DNA from: Aureliella sp.
GTDB lineage: Bacteria > Planctomycetota > Planctomycetia > Pirellulales > Pirellulaceae
Direction: 5' to 3'
Length of the DNA: 64,000 nt
NCBI GenBank assembly: GCA_963691875.1
Contig: OY829846.1
Location: 2,272,001-2,336,000, forward strand
The notes under the pieces were generated by a model. It saw only the letters and a program-made list of their open reading frames with translations, was not told the DNA's origin and did no database searches. Position 1 is the first letter of the stretch, and each line of letters begins with the position of its first letter. Shown here in pieces: positions 11,060-19,440 of the stretch. The position numbers and the translations under genes are program-made.

Positions 11060-11908
11060 ATGCCAATCAAAGTTAAGTGCAGTTGTGGCCAGGTTTTGTC
11101 TGTCTCTTCGAAGCTGGCAGGTAAAGCCGGGAAATGCCCCAAATGCAGCAAGCACATCAAGATTCCAACGCCGAAAAAACCGGCAGCCCCCGCAGCGGCA
11201 GCAGCTAGCCCCGCCGCTCCCAATCCCGCCGCTGCTGGTGCCTTTGATTCCATTCTGGAAGATGCTGGTCTCACACAGAAGTCCGGTCCTACTTGCCCAA
11301 GCTGTATGGCTGACATCAAGCCTGGCACGGTGATCTGCACGGCCTGCGGATTCAATCTTGAAAGCGGCGAAACGATGACTGGCTACGACGCCAAAGCATC
11401 GGGGCCCGAGTTCGACAACATGTACCTGCAGGAAGCTGCGGACAACATGGTGCGTGACAAGATGATGGATCGCCGTCGCGAACAAGCCCAGATGCCTTGG
11501 TGGGTTATCATGTCTTTTTTCATCGGCGCGGTCACACTTTGCGCCGCGGGCGTCATCATCGTCGACGGTAAACTGGCGACCCCCGCCGATGAAAACACTT
11601 TCATCGGTAAGCTCCAACGCTGGCCAGTATTTACGACGATCGGAATGACAGCGATTATCACCGGTACGGCGATCATTTCATTCGCCCATATGAGCGTGAC
11701 AGGGTTTGGATTCAAGAAGAGCCGGGGGCAGGGCTTTGCCTGCGTCTTCGGACCGCTGATCTACTCACTCGTATATGGCATTATGAATTGGGTCGACTGC
11801 AAGGCTGCGATTAAGGCTATCGGCGTTGGACTTGGTTTTGTTGGCGTCGGCGTGTTCTTAGTCATCCAGGGCGGCGGTTTCAACGACGTCATCAATGCGT
11901 TTCGGTAA
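11060..11908 (+). CDS. Double zinc-ribbon membrane protein
   Basis: CSC..CPKC and CPSC..CTAC pairs, Ala/Pro linker, about 4 C-terminal TM segments. Confidence 0.88.
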   Translation: MPIKVKCSCGQVLSVSSKLAGKAGKCPKCSKHIKIPTPKKPAAPAAAAASPAAPNPAAAGAFDSILEDAGLTQKSGPTCPSCMADIKPGTVICTACGFNLESGETMTGYDAKASGPEFDNMYLQEAADNMVRDKMMDRRREQAQMPWWVIMSFFIGAVTLCAAGVIIVDGKLATPADENTFIGKLQRWPVFTTIGMTAIITGTAIISFAHMSVTGFGFKKSRGQGFACVFGPLIYSLVYGIMNWVDCKAAIKAIGVGLGFVGVGVFLVIQGGGFNDVINAFR

Positions 11909-12115
11909 GCGGTCCCAAGACTTCTCGCTCCGGTGATCCTGAGCTTCAACCGCGGACTCAACAACTGTCCCAATAGATTCCAGGATTTCTAGGGATTTTC
12001 CCAAGATCTCTGCTACGTTGTCGAATCATAGCAAGCTCCGCACAGTAGCAAAGCTATAGCAGGCCAACTTAAGTGTTGCTAAGTTGACATTTCCTAGACA
12101 ACGTAGAGGTGTGTC

Positions 12116-12852
12116 ATGATGGAAGAAACTCAAGCGTACTCACAAGAGCCGCTGCCGTCGTTTCGCAGTTCAGCCACCGATGCCTTCAAAGCGATCATCG
12201 AGACGCCAAACTGGGTCGGCAACCTACTTTGGCTGACAATTGCCGGAGTCGCGAGTTCTATTCTCGTCGGGCAAATTGCGGCGTTTGGGTATGGCGTGGA
12301 ATTGCTTCGGCGTCGAGCTGGACGTCCAGAAATGCCGAATCTGACATCGACTCAGATCGACTAGGAGACTACCTGTCACAGGGAATCTGGCCGTTCCTCG
12401 TCGCGTTGGTCATCCAGTTCGGCACTTCAATGGTTCTGGCATTACCCTTCGGCCTACTCTTTGTAGTCGGTTTACTTGCCATGGGCGATATCGTCGGACT
12501 TGGTGCAGTGGTTCTTGCCCCTATAGTCATCGTAGCCTCTTTGCTTGCATCCATTCTGACGGTGCCATTCGTACTTCGTGCCATGATATGCCAGGATTTC
12601 GTGAAAGCCTTTGATCTTGGCTGGGCTATCCACTTTGTCAAATTGATGGTGGGTGAGATGATTTTGTCAGGGATCATCTTTTTCGTTCTTGCGTGGCTGC
12701 TCAACCTCGCAGGCGCACTCGCTTGCTGCGTCGGAGTCTTTGTGACATCTGGATGGGTACTTGGCGCTACGATGCATCTCGACGCTCAGTTGTACGAAGT
12801 CTACCTAAGTCGTGGTGGTGAGCCTGTGCCAGAACCTACCCTGAACAGCTAG
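12116..12852 (+). pseudogene. DUF4013-like membrane protein split by a 1-nt frameshift near 12341 (pseudogene or sequence error)
   Basis: Frame from 12116 gives PNWVGNLLW...FGYGVELLRR; the other frame continues DIDSDRLGDYLSQGIWPFLV...; adding one base gives a 245-aa product. Confidence 0.75.
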
Positions 12853-12892
12853 CGGCCATCTGCATGGCCGCAATTGATTCGCCTTAGCGAGC

Positions 12893-13699
12893 TCAGGCAA
12901 CGCCCATGTTTGCGTGCAACAAGCGAATTCCTTGGCCATCCAAGCTGGCCTGAAGTCGCATGTCGACATCGGAAACAAAGTGCACTTGAAACGGGCGTTG
13001 GGAACTTGGCTGCAGGCCCGTTGTGAAGCTCAAACCAGCCCGAATTTCTCCGCCGAGTTGTGGAAGTAGTTCCCGCAAAAATTCTAACGGTTGCTCGACG
13101 CCAACAAGAGCAACTCGCTTTCGAGCATTCACCAGCTCGGCCGTCTCGATGAGAAGACTTGCATTGGGCGACGCGGACCGCAAATCGCCAGCTCCCAAGT
13201 TAGGTGCCCAAGATGGAGTACTGTCGGGCACAACCCCAGTTCGACTTGCATTGGTTAAATTGAAGGAATTCGTGTCAGAGCATCCGCGGATCGGGGCATC
13301 CGGCAGCGTCATCGTTTCCAATGAGCGTGGAATGTCGAGAGGCATTCGTAGATGTCCCAGCGAGAGAGCTGTCGAGGCGACCAGTCCAGGATCATTTTGA
13401 TACGCTGCAAGCTGTTGCGTCGATATCAAACAGATAAGCGTCACCACGCGATTCCCACCTCGGCAGCTGTACTCAGGCCCGCCCCAGACTGTTCTGGCAA
13501 TTGCCTTAAAACCGTGACTCAGTGAATAGAAACTCAAAAACCAATCGTTCTGATCCGCAGAGTCTGGTAGTTGGCTGGGCGACCAGCGGCTGAGTTCCTG
13601 AGCCATATTGCGATCGATGCCTGCCGAACGGCAGACCAGCTGATAGCCCTTGATTCGGCTACGCTGTGAAGAGGTGAAGATCGCTTGTTCGAGTTGCAT
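12893..13699 (-). CDS. GTPase-associated protein 1-like (GAP1-N2 domain plus GAP1-M-like region)
   Basis: N-terminal QAIFTS...KGYQLVCRSAGI, GPEYSCRGGNRVVT and later RAGLSFTTG match my recollection of GAP1-N2/M patterns; directly downstream of a TRAFAC GTPase. Confidence 0.7.
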   Translation of the reverse strand: MQLEQAIFTSSQRSRIKGYQLVCRSAGIDRNMAQELSRWSPSQLPDSADQNDWFLSFYSLSHGFKAIARTVWGGPEYSCRGGNRVVTLICLISTQQLAAYQNDPGLVASTALSLGHLRMPLDIPRSLETMTLPDAPIRGCSDTNSFNLTNASRTGVVPDSTPSWAPNLGAGDLRSASPNASLLIETAELVNARKRVALVGVEQPLEFLRELLPQLGGEIRAGLSFTTGLQPSSQRPFQVHFVSDVDMRLQASLDGQGIRLLHANMGVA

Positions 13700-13845
13700 G
13701 AGTTTGAACTACAGAACCGGTGTTGCTAGAGGCACGACGCGCAAGCTAGTGAGTGCTGTTATTAAGGCAAGCCGCTGCCTGCGGCTGGACGCTAACGACC
13801 GTTGTTGTGCGTATGGGACTCACTCGTTTGCGTGGCGTGCCTGCA

Positions 13846-14733
13846 TTACTTTTCATCTACGAGCCAACGAAGTGGTTCGACCACTCCGTAAGGCTGAATG
13901 TGGAATGGCACTCTTGCCTGCCAGCCATTGGCGTCAACGAGAACGCCCGAACTCCCAGCAACGCCAGCAGCAAAGAACTGAGTTCGATTGAATGTCCGTT
14001 GGCAGAACTCGTAAAGCCGAGCCGTATTGTGCTTGGCAAAGGTATCGGGTGACTCCAGCGCTTCGGGACAGGTATCGCACTTTGTGAATACGATGGCCAC
14101 CGACGGTCCTGCCGGCCCGCGTCGCTGACCAGCTTGCAAGCGATGCTGTTCTGCAACGTAGGATGCGAGCTTCATCGCAAACAGATCTTCTCCGGCTCCT
14201 TCATCCCGTACACGAACCGCATCGCAAAGGAACAGAATTCCGCTGCTTCTTTGAACGATATGCTGCACGGCGGGATAAAGCCCTGGCTGGGCAATTTCCA
14301 TCGCGATGGCTTCACCCGCAAAATCAGGCGAGACGAGATCAATAGTTTTGTCTCCCTTCTTTCGGGCCATCGAGATTTTGCAATGCAACCACTGCCAAGC
14401 GTCTACTTCTGCTGGGGTCTTCTCGGGGAATGACCGGCGCTCCAAGGCAGTGATAACGTTCTCTTGAAGGTCAACAGAAAAAGAGCTTAAAGCGGCCCCG
14501 CGGAAGTCTTCTTTGCCTTTGCTGAGAATGTCAAGTAGCAGTCCAGAGTAAACGGTCTTGCCAGCGTTGCTTGCTCCGAGCACAGATATGAATCGGTCAG
14601 CTCCTCCACCAGAAATGACCGACTGCGAAAGTGAGGTAGGAGTTTGGCAGTCCGGACAAAACTCGTCGCGCGAGGCCAGTCGCGTTGAACAGCAAACACA
14701 GTAGTCGGCGATAGCTCCACTCGTGGCGATCAT
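13846..14733 (-). CDS. TRAFAC-class GTPase (double-GTPase-like) with N-terminal Zn ribbon
   Basis: G1 GASNAGKT, G2 FPEKT, G3 DFAGE, G4 TKCD; N-terminal CVCC..CPDC; ATGA overlap with the upstream gene. Confidence 0.85.
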   Translation of the reverse strand: MIATSGAIADYCVCCSTRLASRDEFCPDCQTPTSLSQSVISGGGADRFISVLGASNAGKTVYSGLLLDILSKGKEDFRGAALSSFSVDLQENVITALERRSFPEKTPAEVDAWQWLHCKISMARKKGDKTIDLVSPDFAGEAIAMEIAQPGLYPAVQHIVQRSSGILFLCDAVRVRDEGAGEDLFAMKLASYVAEQHRLQAGQRRGPAGPSVAIVFTKCDTCPEALESPDTFAKHNTARLYEFCQRTFNRTQFFAAGVAGSSGVLVDANGWQARVPFHIQPYGVVEPLRWLVDEK

Positions 14734-15761
14734 AGTCTTTCCTCCGACGTGCTTACTTCTGGTTTAAAGTTGACTTGATCTGCAGTCACGCAGCAACGGA
14801 ATCCAACATTTGCGGCGCGGTGGTAGACGGGATTCCCTGAGCGAAACTGACAGGTTGCCTGAGAAGCGAAGTAGGTATCAAATGCTCCACCGCGGACTTC
14901 CGCGAGAAGCTCATCGAGTACTATTCGTACTTCTCCTTCGCTCGCGGGGCAGTACTGTGCATCCACCCATTCCCAAACATTTCCGACGAGTTGTCGAACG
15001 CCGTTTGGCGTTGCACCTTCGGGCATGTCGTCGACCGAAAGCGTATCCGAGAAATCGTTCTGCCAGAGATTGGCTTTGGTCGGATCGAAAGCATCGCCCC
15101 AGGTATAGCGCTGTTCCGCCGACTCACTGCTGCCAGATGGCCAAGTGCCTGCGCGTTGCCACTGCTCAGATGCAGGCAAGCGTTTTCCTACCCAGCTGGC
15201 ATAGGCACTCGCCTCGTACCAACAGATTCCGACCACAGGATGATCCATGCGATCCGCTGGCGGTTGGCTGTTGGCCCAGTAGCGAGGGCCTGGCTTGCCG
15301 GTGGAATCAGTGAACTGCAAGACCATGGAAAGGATCTCAGCAGGCCAGAGCTGCGCTCGATCGTAGCCACCCGCTTCAACAAATCTCAAGTAGTCTGAAT
15401 TGCTGACACAGCAACGATCCAAGTAGAAAGCACCAACTGGCGTGGGCTCGGCTGCGTATTGCTCCAGCTCATAGCCGTAGCCATCTTCTACCACAGCATC
15501 TTGTTGAATCCGAACCGAACCACCTGGAACAAAAGCCATATCATGCTGGAGGGCACGCCAAGCGCACTCCAAAGAGAGCTCGTCGAAGTCAGAGTTGGTC
15601 AGCACATGGCAGTAGCGACGATCGTGAATGAGACGTCGGCTGTCTGGAGGGGCTTCAGAAACATCTGGAAATAGGCTATCGCGAGTCACGGTTGGCGTGA
15701 CTCCTGCTCCCGTCCACCTACCGAAGGTGTTGCTGATAAATGTGGTCAGTGACATGTTCAA
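14730..15761 (-). CDS. FGE-sulfatase (SUMF1/EgtB/PvdO-type) domain protein, cytoplasmic, probably non-catalytic
   Basis: HPVVGICWYEASAYASWVGKRLP, GNVWEW, RGGAF and VGFRC motifs; lacks the FGE CxxxxC core; no signal peptide. Confidence 0.9.
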   Translation of the reverse strand: MNMSLTTFISNTFGRWTGAGVTPTVTRDSLFPDVSEAPPDSRRLIHDRRYCHVLTNSDFDELSLECAWRALQHDMAFVPGGSVRIQQDAVVEDGYGYELEQYAAEPTPVGAFYLDRCCVSNSDYLRFVEAGGYDRAQLWPAEILSMVLQFTDSTGKPGPRYWANSQPPADRMDHPVVGICWYEASAYASWVGKRLPASEQWQRAGTWPSGSSESAEQRYTWGDAFDPTKANLWQNDFSDTLSVDDMPEGATPNGVRQLVGNVWEWVDAQYCPASEGEVRIVLDELLAEVRGGAFDTYFASQATCQFRSGNPVYHRAANVGFRCCVTADQVNFKPEVSTSEERL

Positions 15762-16366
15762 CCTCTCGGATTCTGCGGGCGTAGGTTGTGTAATTCTTGC
15801 TTGAGTCGTTGAAACTCATCGATGGCAGAACTGGAGCACGCTGCATTGTTGGCTGACACTGGTTTGCTTGGCCGTCCGTTGGGCTGCGTTCTCGTTGTGC
15901 TTGTTTGCTCTATAGCTGGAGCAGCCGCCGGTGATTGGCTCTTTCGGGTTCCACCTTGCGTCGCCGCGAAAGCTTCTTTCGACTGAAGGAAACTGCGCTG
16001 CTCCCCCTCTAGACGCAACCAAGCTTCTTTCAGGAGCCGCAGTTGCTCCTGGATACGCAGCTCCTCCTGCTCCTTCTGGGCCTCCCACAACTCCCGCTGC
16101 TCAGCGAGTTCTCGCATCGCAGCCTTACTCTCGCCATGCTGTGATCGGACCTGCGTCGACTGGCTATGTGCATTATGGGATTGCATCTGGGCCTGGCGTG
16201 CGATCTCTTCGACTAATTGGTCCAATCGATCGCAATAGTGCGTTAGAAACGCATTCACGTCGCCCAAAAGCTTGCGCAGTTGTTCTGTCGCTGTCTGCGG
16301 AGGCTCCTCGACCTCTATATTCTTGGGCTGTGAAATCATCTCGAGAAAAGGGTGCATGGAATTCAT
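15758..16366 (-). CDS. Coiled-coil hypothetical protein
   Basis: 202 aa, Q/E-rich heptads; stop overlaps the next start; 12-nt gap to the upstream gene. Confidence 0.8.
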   Translation of the reverse strand: MNSMHPFLEMISQPKNIEVEEPPQTATEQLRKLLGDVNAFLTHYCDRLDQLVEEIARQAQMQSHNAHSQSTQVRSQHGESKAAMRELAEQRELWEAQKEQEELRIQEQLRLLKEAWLRLEGEQRSFLQSKEAFAATQGGTRKSQSPAAAPAIEQTSTTRTQPNGRPSKPVSANNAACSSSAIDEFQRLKQELHNLRPQNPRG

Positions 16367-16378
16367 ATATGATTCGCT

Positions 16379-17821
16379 TTACGTGCGATCCTCCTCAACA
16401 CGCTTCCACAGGCTCTTCAGACGGCTGCTGAGAGTGTTGGACTCTTGCTTCCGTTTTTCGCTCATTTGCCGCAAGTGCTGGCGGTGATCCCGAAGGCTTT
16501 GTGAGCTTGGGTCTGTCTCCGCAGTCGGTATCTCTTCGAGCTCCTTCACTTTCTGCGCGAACTCGAACTTCATGCGCGAGACCTCGGCGTGTTCTTTGGC
16601 GATCTTAGCCCGCTCTTCGCGAAGTGCGAGCTCGGTTTGATCCACCTGATTCGCAAGCTTTTGCTGCATGCTTCGCAAGTCTTTCTCGGCGTCCGCCAAG
16701 CGGTCTTGCAAGTCCTGATTGTTGGTCTGCAGCCCTTCAATTGTTTCTTCGTATTGGGCGGGAGCCGAGTGAATATCTGCAGCCGCCTGTTGTAGCTTTT
16801 GATGCAGTTTGGCGATATCATGCTCGGAATCAGACAATCGCTGCCGCAGTGCGTCTTGCTCAGCTTGGTGCTCCTGCTCGCGCTGCCCCACGCGCTTTTC
16901 GATGTCGCCAACCCAGGCTTCGAGGTGCGATCTCTCCTCAACTTCAGCGCGATTGGCATCCTCAGCAGCGTGAAGCATTTCCTCGAGAATCATCACGCGC
17001 TCGTCCGCGCGATTCGCCTCATCGATCAACTCTTGCATGCGTTGCAGCACTTGGTCAGGTGCTTCGGCCTGCTCATCTGCCGGGCCTTCCGCAATCTGCG
17101 TTGGCTCGCTCGCCACCTCAGCGTCATGGGCAGCTAAAGCCGTTCGCAAGTCATCGATCTCGGCCTGCAGCAGCTCAACTGTCGCGCGATCGTAAGTCTC
17201 CTCAAGACCTTCGTCAGCGAAGAAGTCAAAACCACAATCTTCCAGCTGCTCCTCAACAGCGACTTGCTCGCTCTGCGAAGCAACCTCGTCGGCTGGTGCG
17301 ATCTTGGTTTCCACCCGCTGGGCCACGGTTTGCATTTTCGGTTGATCATCCGGTTGATGCTCGAATGCAAGCTCTGCGCTCTCGGTTTGCCAGCGAGGTT
17401 GTTCGTCACCAGTTTCCCCCGCGAAAGGATCCTCTTCGAGCTCTTCCCGCTCGAACTGCAGGGCCATATCGACCGTCTCGAAATTGGACTCAGTGCAATT
17501 TTTTTCGGCCGCATCTGGCTGAGCGATTTGAATCGAGTAAGGACCGACTTCGATAATTGCACCTTGGCCGACTTGTGTTTTCGAAGTGACTTGTTCACCG
17601 TTAAGTAAGGTCGGCTTGGCAGACATCCAGTTTTGCACCCAGAGCTGACCATCTTCCAAACCAATTCGACAGTGAATGTCTGAAATATCCGCTCCTTCCA
17701 GCTGGAGTCCACAGTTGGATGAGCGGCCGATGAAGACGCCATGTTCGCTACCGAGGTCAAAGGAGCGTTTGGATCCGTTAGGATGCCAAGCGACCAGTTT
17801 CACTGCTGTTTGGATCATCAC
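16379..17821 (-). CDS. FHA domain protein with acidic linker and long C-terminal coiled coil
   Basis: VFIGRSSNCGLQL...ISDIHCRI...TLLNG FHA pattern; more than 200 aa of E/Q-rich helix; ATGA overlap with the upstream gene. Confidence 0.88.
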   Translation of the reverse strand: MMIQTAVKLVAWHPNGSKRSFDLGSEHGVFIGRSSNCGLQLEGADISDIHCRIGLEDGQLWVQNWMSAKPTLLNGEQVTSKTQVGQGAIIEVGPYSIQIAQPDAAEKNCTESNFETVDMALQFEREELEEDPFAGETGDEQPRWQTESAELAFEHQPDDQPKMQTVAQRVETKIAPADEVASQSEQVAVEEQLEDCGFDFFADEGLEETYDRATVELLQAEIDDLRTALAAHDAEVASEPTQIAEGPADEQAEAPDQVLQRMQELIDEANRADERVMILEEMLHAAEDANRAEVEERSHLEAWVGDIEKRVGQREQEHQAEQDALRQRLSDSEHDIAKLHQKLQQAAADIHSAPAQYEETIEGLQTNNQDLQDRLADAEKDLRSMQQKLANQVDQTELALREERAKIAKEHAEVSRMKFEFAQKVKELEEIPTAETDPSSQSLRDHRQHLRQMSEKRKQESNTLSSRLKSLWKRVEEDRT

Positions 17822-19428
17822 TGAGCTCCTGCAGTTGCAAATTCTTGTTCCACCGCTTCAGCTTGGGCGGGTGCTGGCATAATGACGGCAGCTGAACTCT
17901 GCCCATCTAGGCATTGCTGGATCGCATCAAATATCGTGTTGGCAGTACAAGGGCGAGTGACGATAGCATCAGGCTGGAAACCGACACGGCTCGTCCAATC
18001 GCAAGATGGTGACTCTTCGGCGACCAAGGCAATGCGACGAATGCTTGAAGCTCGCGGATCCTTCGAAGCGAATACCCTAGACATCAGTTCACAGGAAGCT
18101 TCGGAATCGCCTGAAAACAGCAAAGTGTGTGGGATGGATCGTTTCAATACGAGTTGCAGTGCAAGCTTGTCACGAACGACTTTGCCATGAAAACGCGGCT
18201 CGGCTTGTTCCAACGTGTTCCGCAATACCTGAGCTTGATTCGCATCCGGCTCGAAAATGACGACCTGTCCTGCGACGGATTGTTGCCGTCTCTCGACGAG
18301 TTCAGCCAACTCAAATCCTTCCAGCACTTGTCGCACTTCGTCTTCGTCCCACCCCAGTACGGCCTCCAATTCCTTCGGGCTCTTGGGATCAGCCAGGACA
18401 TTCAGCACTTTCATGTGCCGGGCCGACAAACCGGCTCGGTCTAGATTTTGACCGCGAATCGCTCGCCGGACAAAGCCAAAATTGTCTTCGGAATCAGCCC
18501 GAGCTTCGCTGTATATTGCTCCTTCGACGAGTAACGCGAGCAAACTGATATCCAGAGGCAGCGACTTGTGTAGAGCGTTGCTAGCGGAACCTGTTTCGAA
18601 ACGGAATGTCTTCAGTTGGCTGGTAAAGGCATGGCGAATGAGCATCGCTGCTTGGAATCGCAGTAGCTTGGACATCAAACGCGGATCGAGCACTTTTTGG
18701 TCAAGTAACTGCACAAAGCCGTCGACTTCGGCACAACTTCGTCCTCCAAGTGTCATTTTGAAGACCGGCGTCAAGTTCGTGAGAGAAGCTGGTAGTTTGC
18801 TGGCCATCGCTTCGACTTCATCGTCACCGATGCCCTGAGCGTAAACCGCTTGAATGCGTCCCTTGTCCAAATGGAAGCGGATACGAGTTTTCTCGGCTTC
18901 CACTTCTAGCACGCCATTCTTGCGACCATTGTTTAAGAAGTCCAGAAGTTCACGCAGACTGAAAAGCGATAGGTTGCCGGCGAGTGCTGCTTCGTCCGTC
19001 GAGTTGATGATCTCAGGAACGGCGCTACCTTGCGACTGCGACTGGACGATCATCGCGGCCGTCTCAATCGCGTTGGCAATAGTCGTCTTCAACAAGTCCT
19101 CCGTGTAAGGCTTCGGCAGCATGTCGACCACATTATCGAGGTCGATGTACTCAGCGTAAGCCTTTTTACGCAAGGTCGAGCTGATGACTACAGGAATGCG
19201 ACTCAGCTCCGGAGTTTCGCTTAGTTGTGTCGCAACCTGGTGTCCGGTCGTGCCAGGGAGTTGGTGGTCTAGTAGGATCAGGTCAGGCTGAACCTCTGAG
19301 GCCAAATCCAAGCCATCTTCGGCGTTAGGTGCAAGGACAACTCGATAGCCCTCGGGGCTAAGATGTGAATCGACCAGCTTGCGAATGGTGGCGCTGTCAT
19401 CAATGACCAGTACAGTTTTGTCGCTCAT
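17818..19428 (-). CDS. Response regulator: REC + DUF4388 (PatA-N-like) + degenerate C-terminal REC
   Basis: VLVIDDS/ILLDHQLP/LPKP receiver; LAGNLSLFSLRELLDFLNNGRKNGVLEV DUF4388 pattern; C-terminal VVIFEPD...TRP pseudo-receiver. Confidence 0.88.
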   Translation of the reverse strand: MSDKTVLVIDDSATIRKLVDSHLSPEGYRVVLAPNAEDGLDLASEVQPDLILLDHQLPGTTGHQVATQLSETPELSRIPVVISSTLRKKAYAEYIDLDNVVDMLPKPYTEDLLKTTIANAIETAAMIVQSQSQGSAVPEIINSTDEAALAGNLSLFSLRELLDFLNNGRKNGVLEVEAEKTRIRFHLDKGRIQAVYAQGIGDDEVEAMASKLPASLTNLTPVFKMTLGGRSCAEVDGFVQLLDQKVLDPRLMSKLLRFQAAMLIRHAFTSQLKTFRFETGSASNALHKSLPLDISLLALLVEGAIYSEARADSEDNFGFVRRAIRGQNLDRAGLSARHMKVLNVLADPKSPKELEAVLGWDEDEVRQVLEGFELAELVERRQQSVAGQVVIFEPDANQAQVLRNTLEQAEPRFHGKVVRDKLALQLVLKRSIPHTLLFSGDSEASCELMSRVFASKDPRASSIRRIALVAEESPSCDWTSRVGFQPDAIVTRPCTANTIFDAIQQCLDGQSSAAVIMPAPAQAEAVEQEFATAGAQ

Positions 19429-19440
19429 GTTGGAAACCCT

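Noticed and set aside
12109..12340. N-terminus of the listed 247-aa ORF (MCHDGRN...)
   Set aside because: Out-of-frame read; the real N-terminus is in the 12116 frame.
12330..12345. Programmed ribosomal frameshift in the DUF4013-like gene
   Set aside because: No slippery heptamer or obvious stimulatory structure at the junction.
14730..15761. True formylglycine-generating enzyme for the nearby sulfatases, or a DGR target
   Set aside because: The catalytic Cys pair is absent; no reverse transcriptase or template repeat was seen in the window.
16624..17556. 310-aa plus-strand ORF
   Set aside because: Antisense shadow of the FHA coiled-coil gene; Arg/Pro-rich composition with no motifs.
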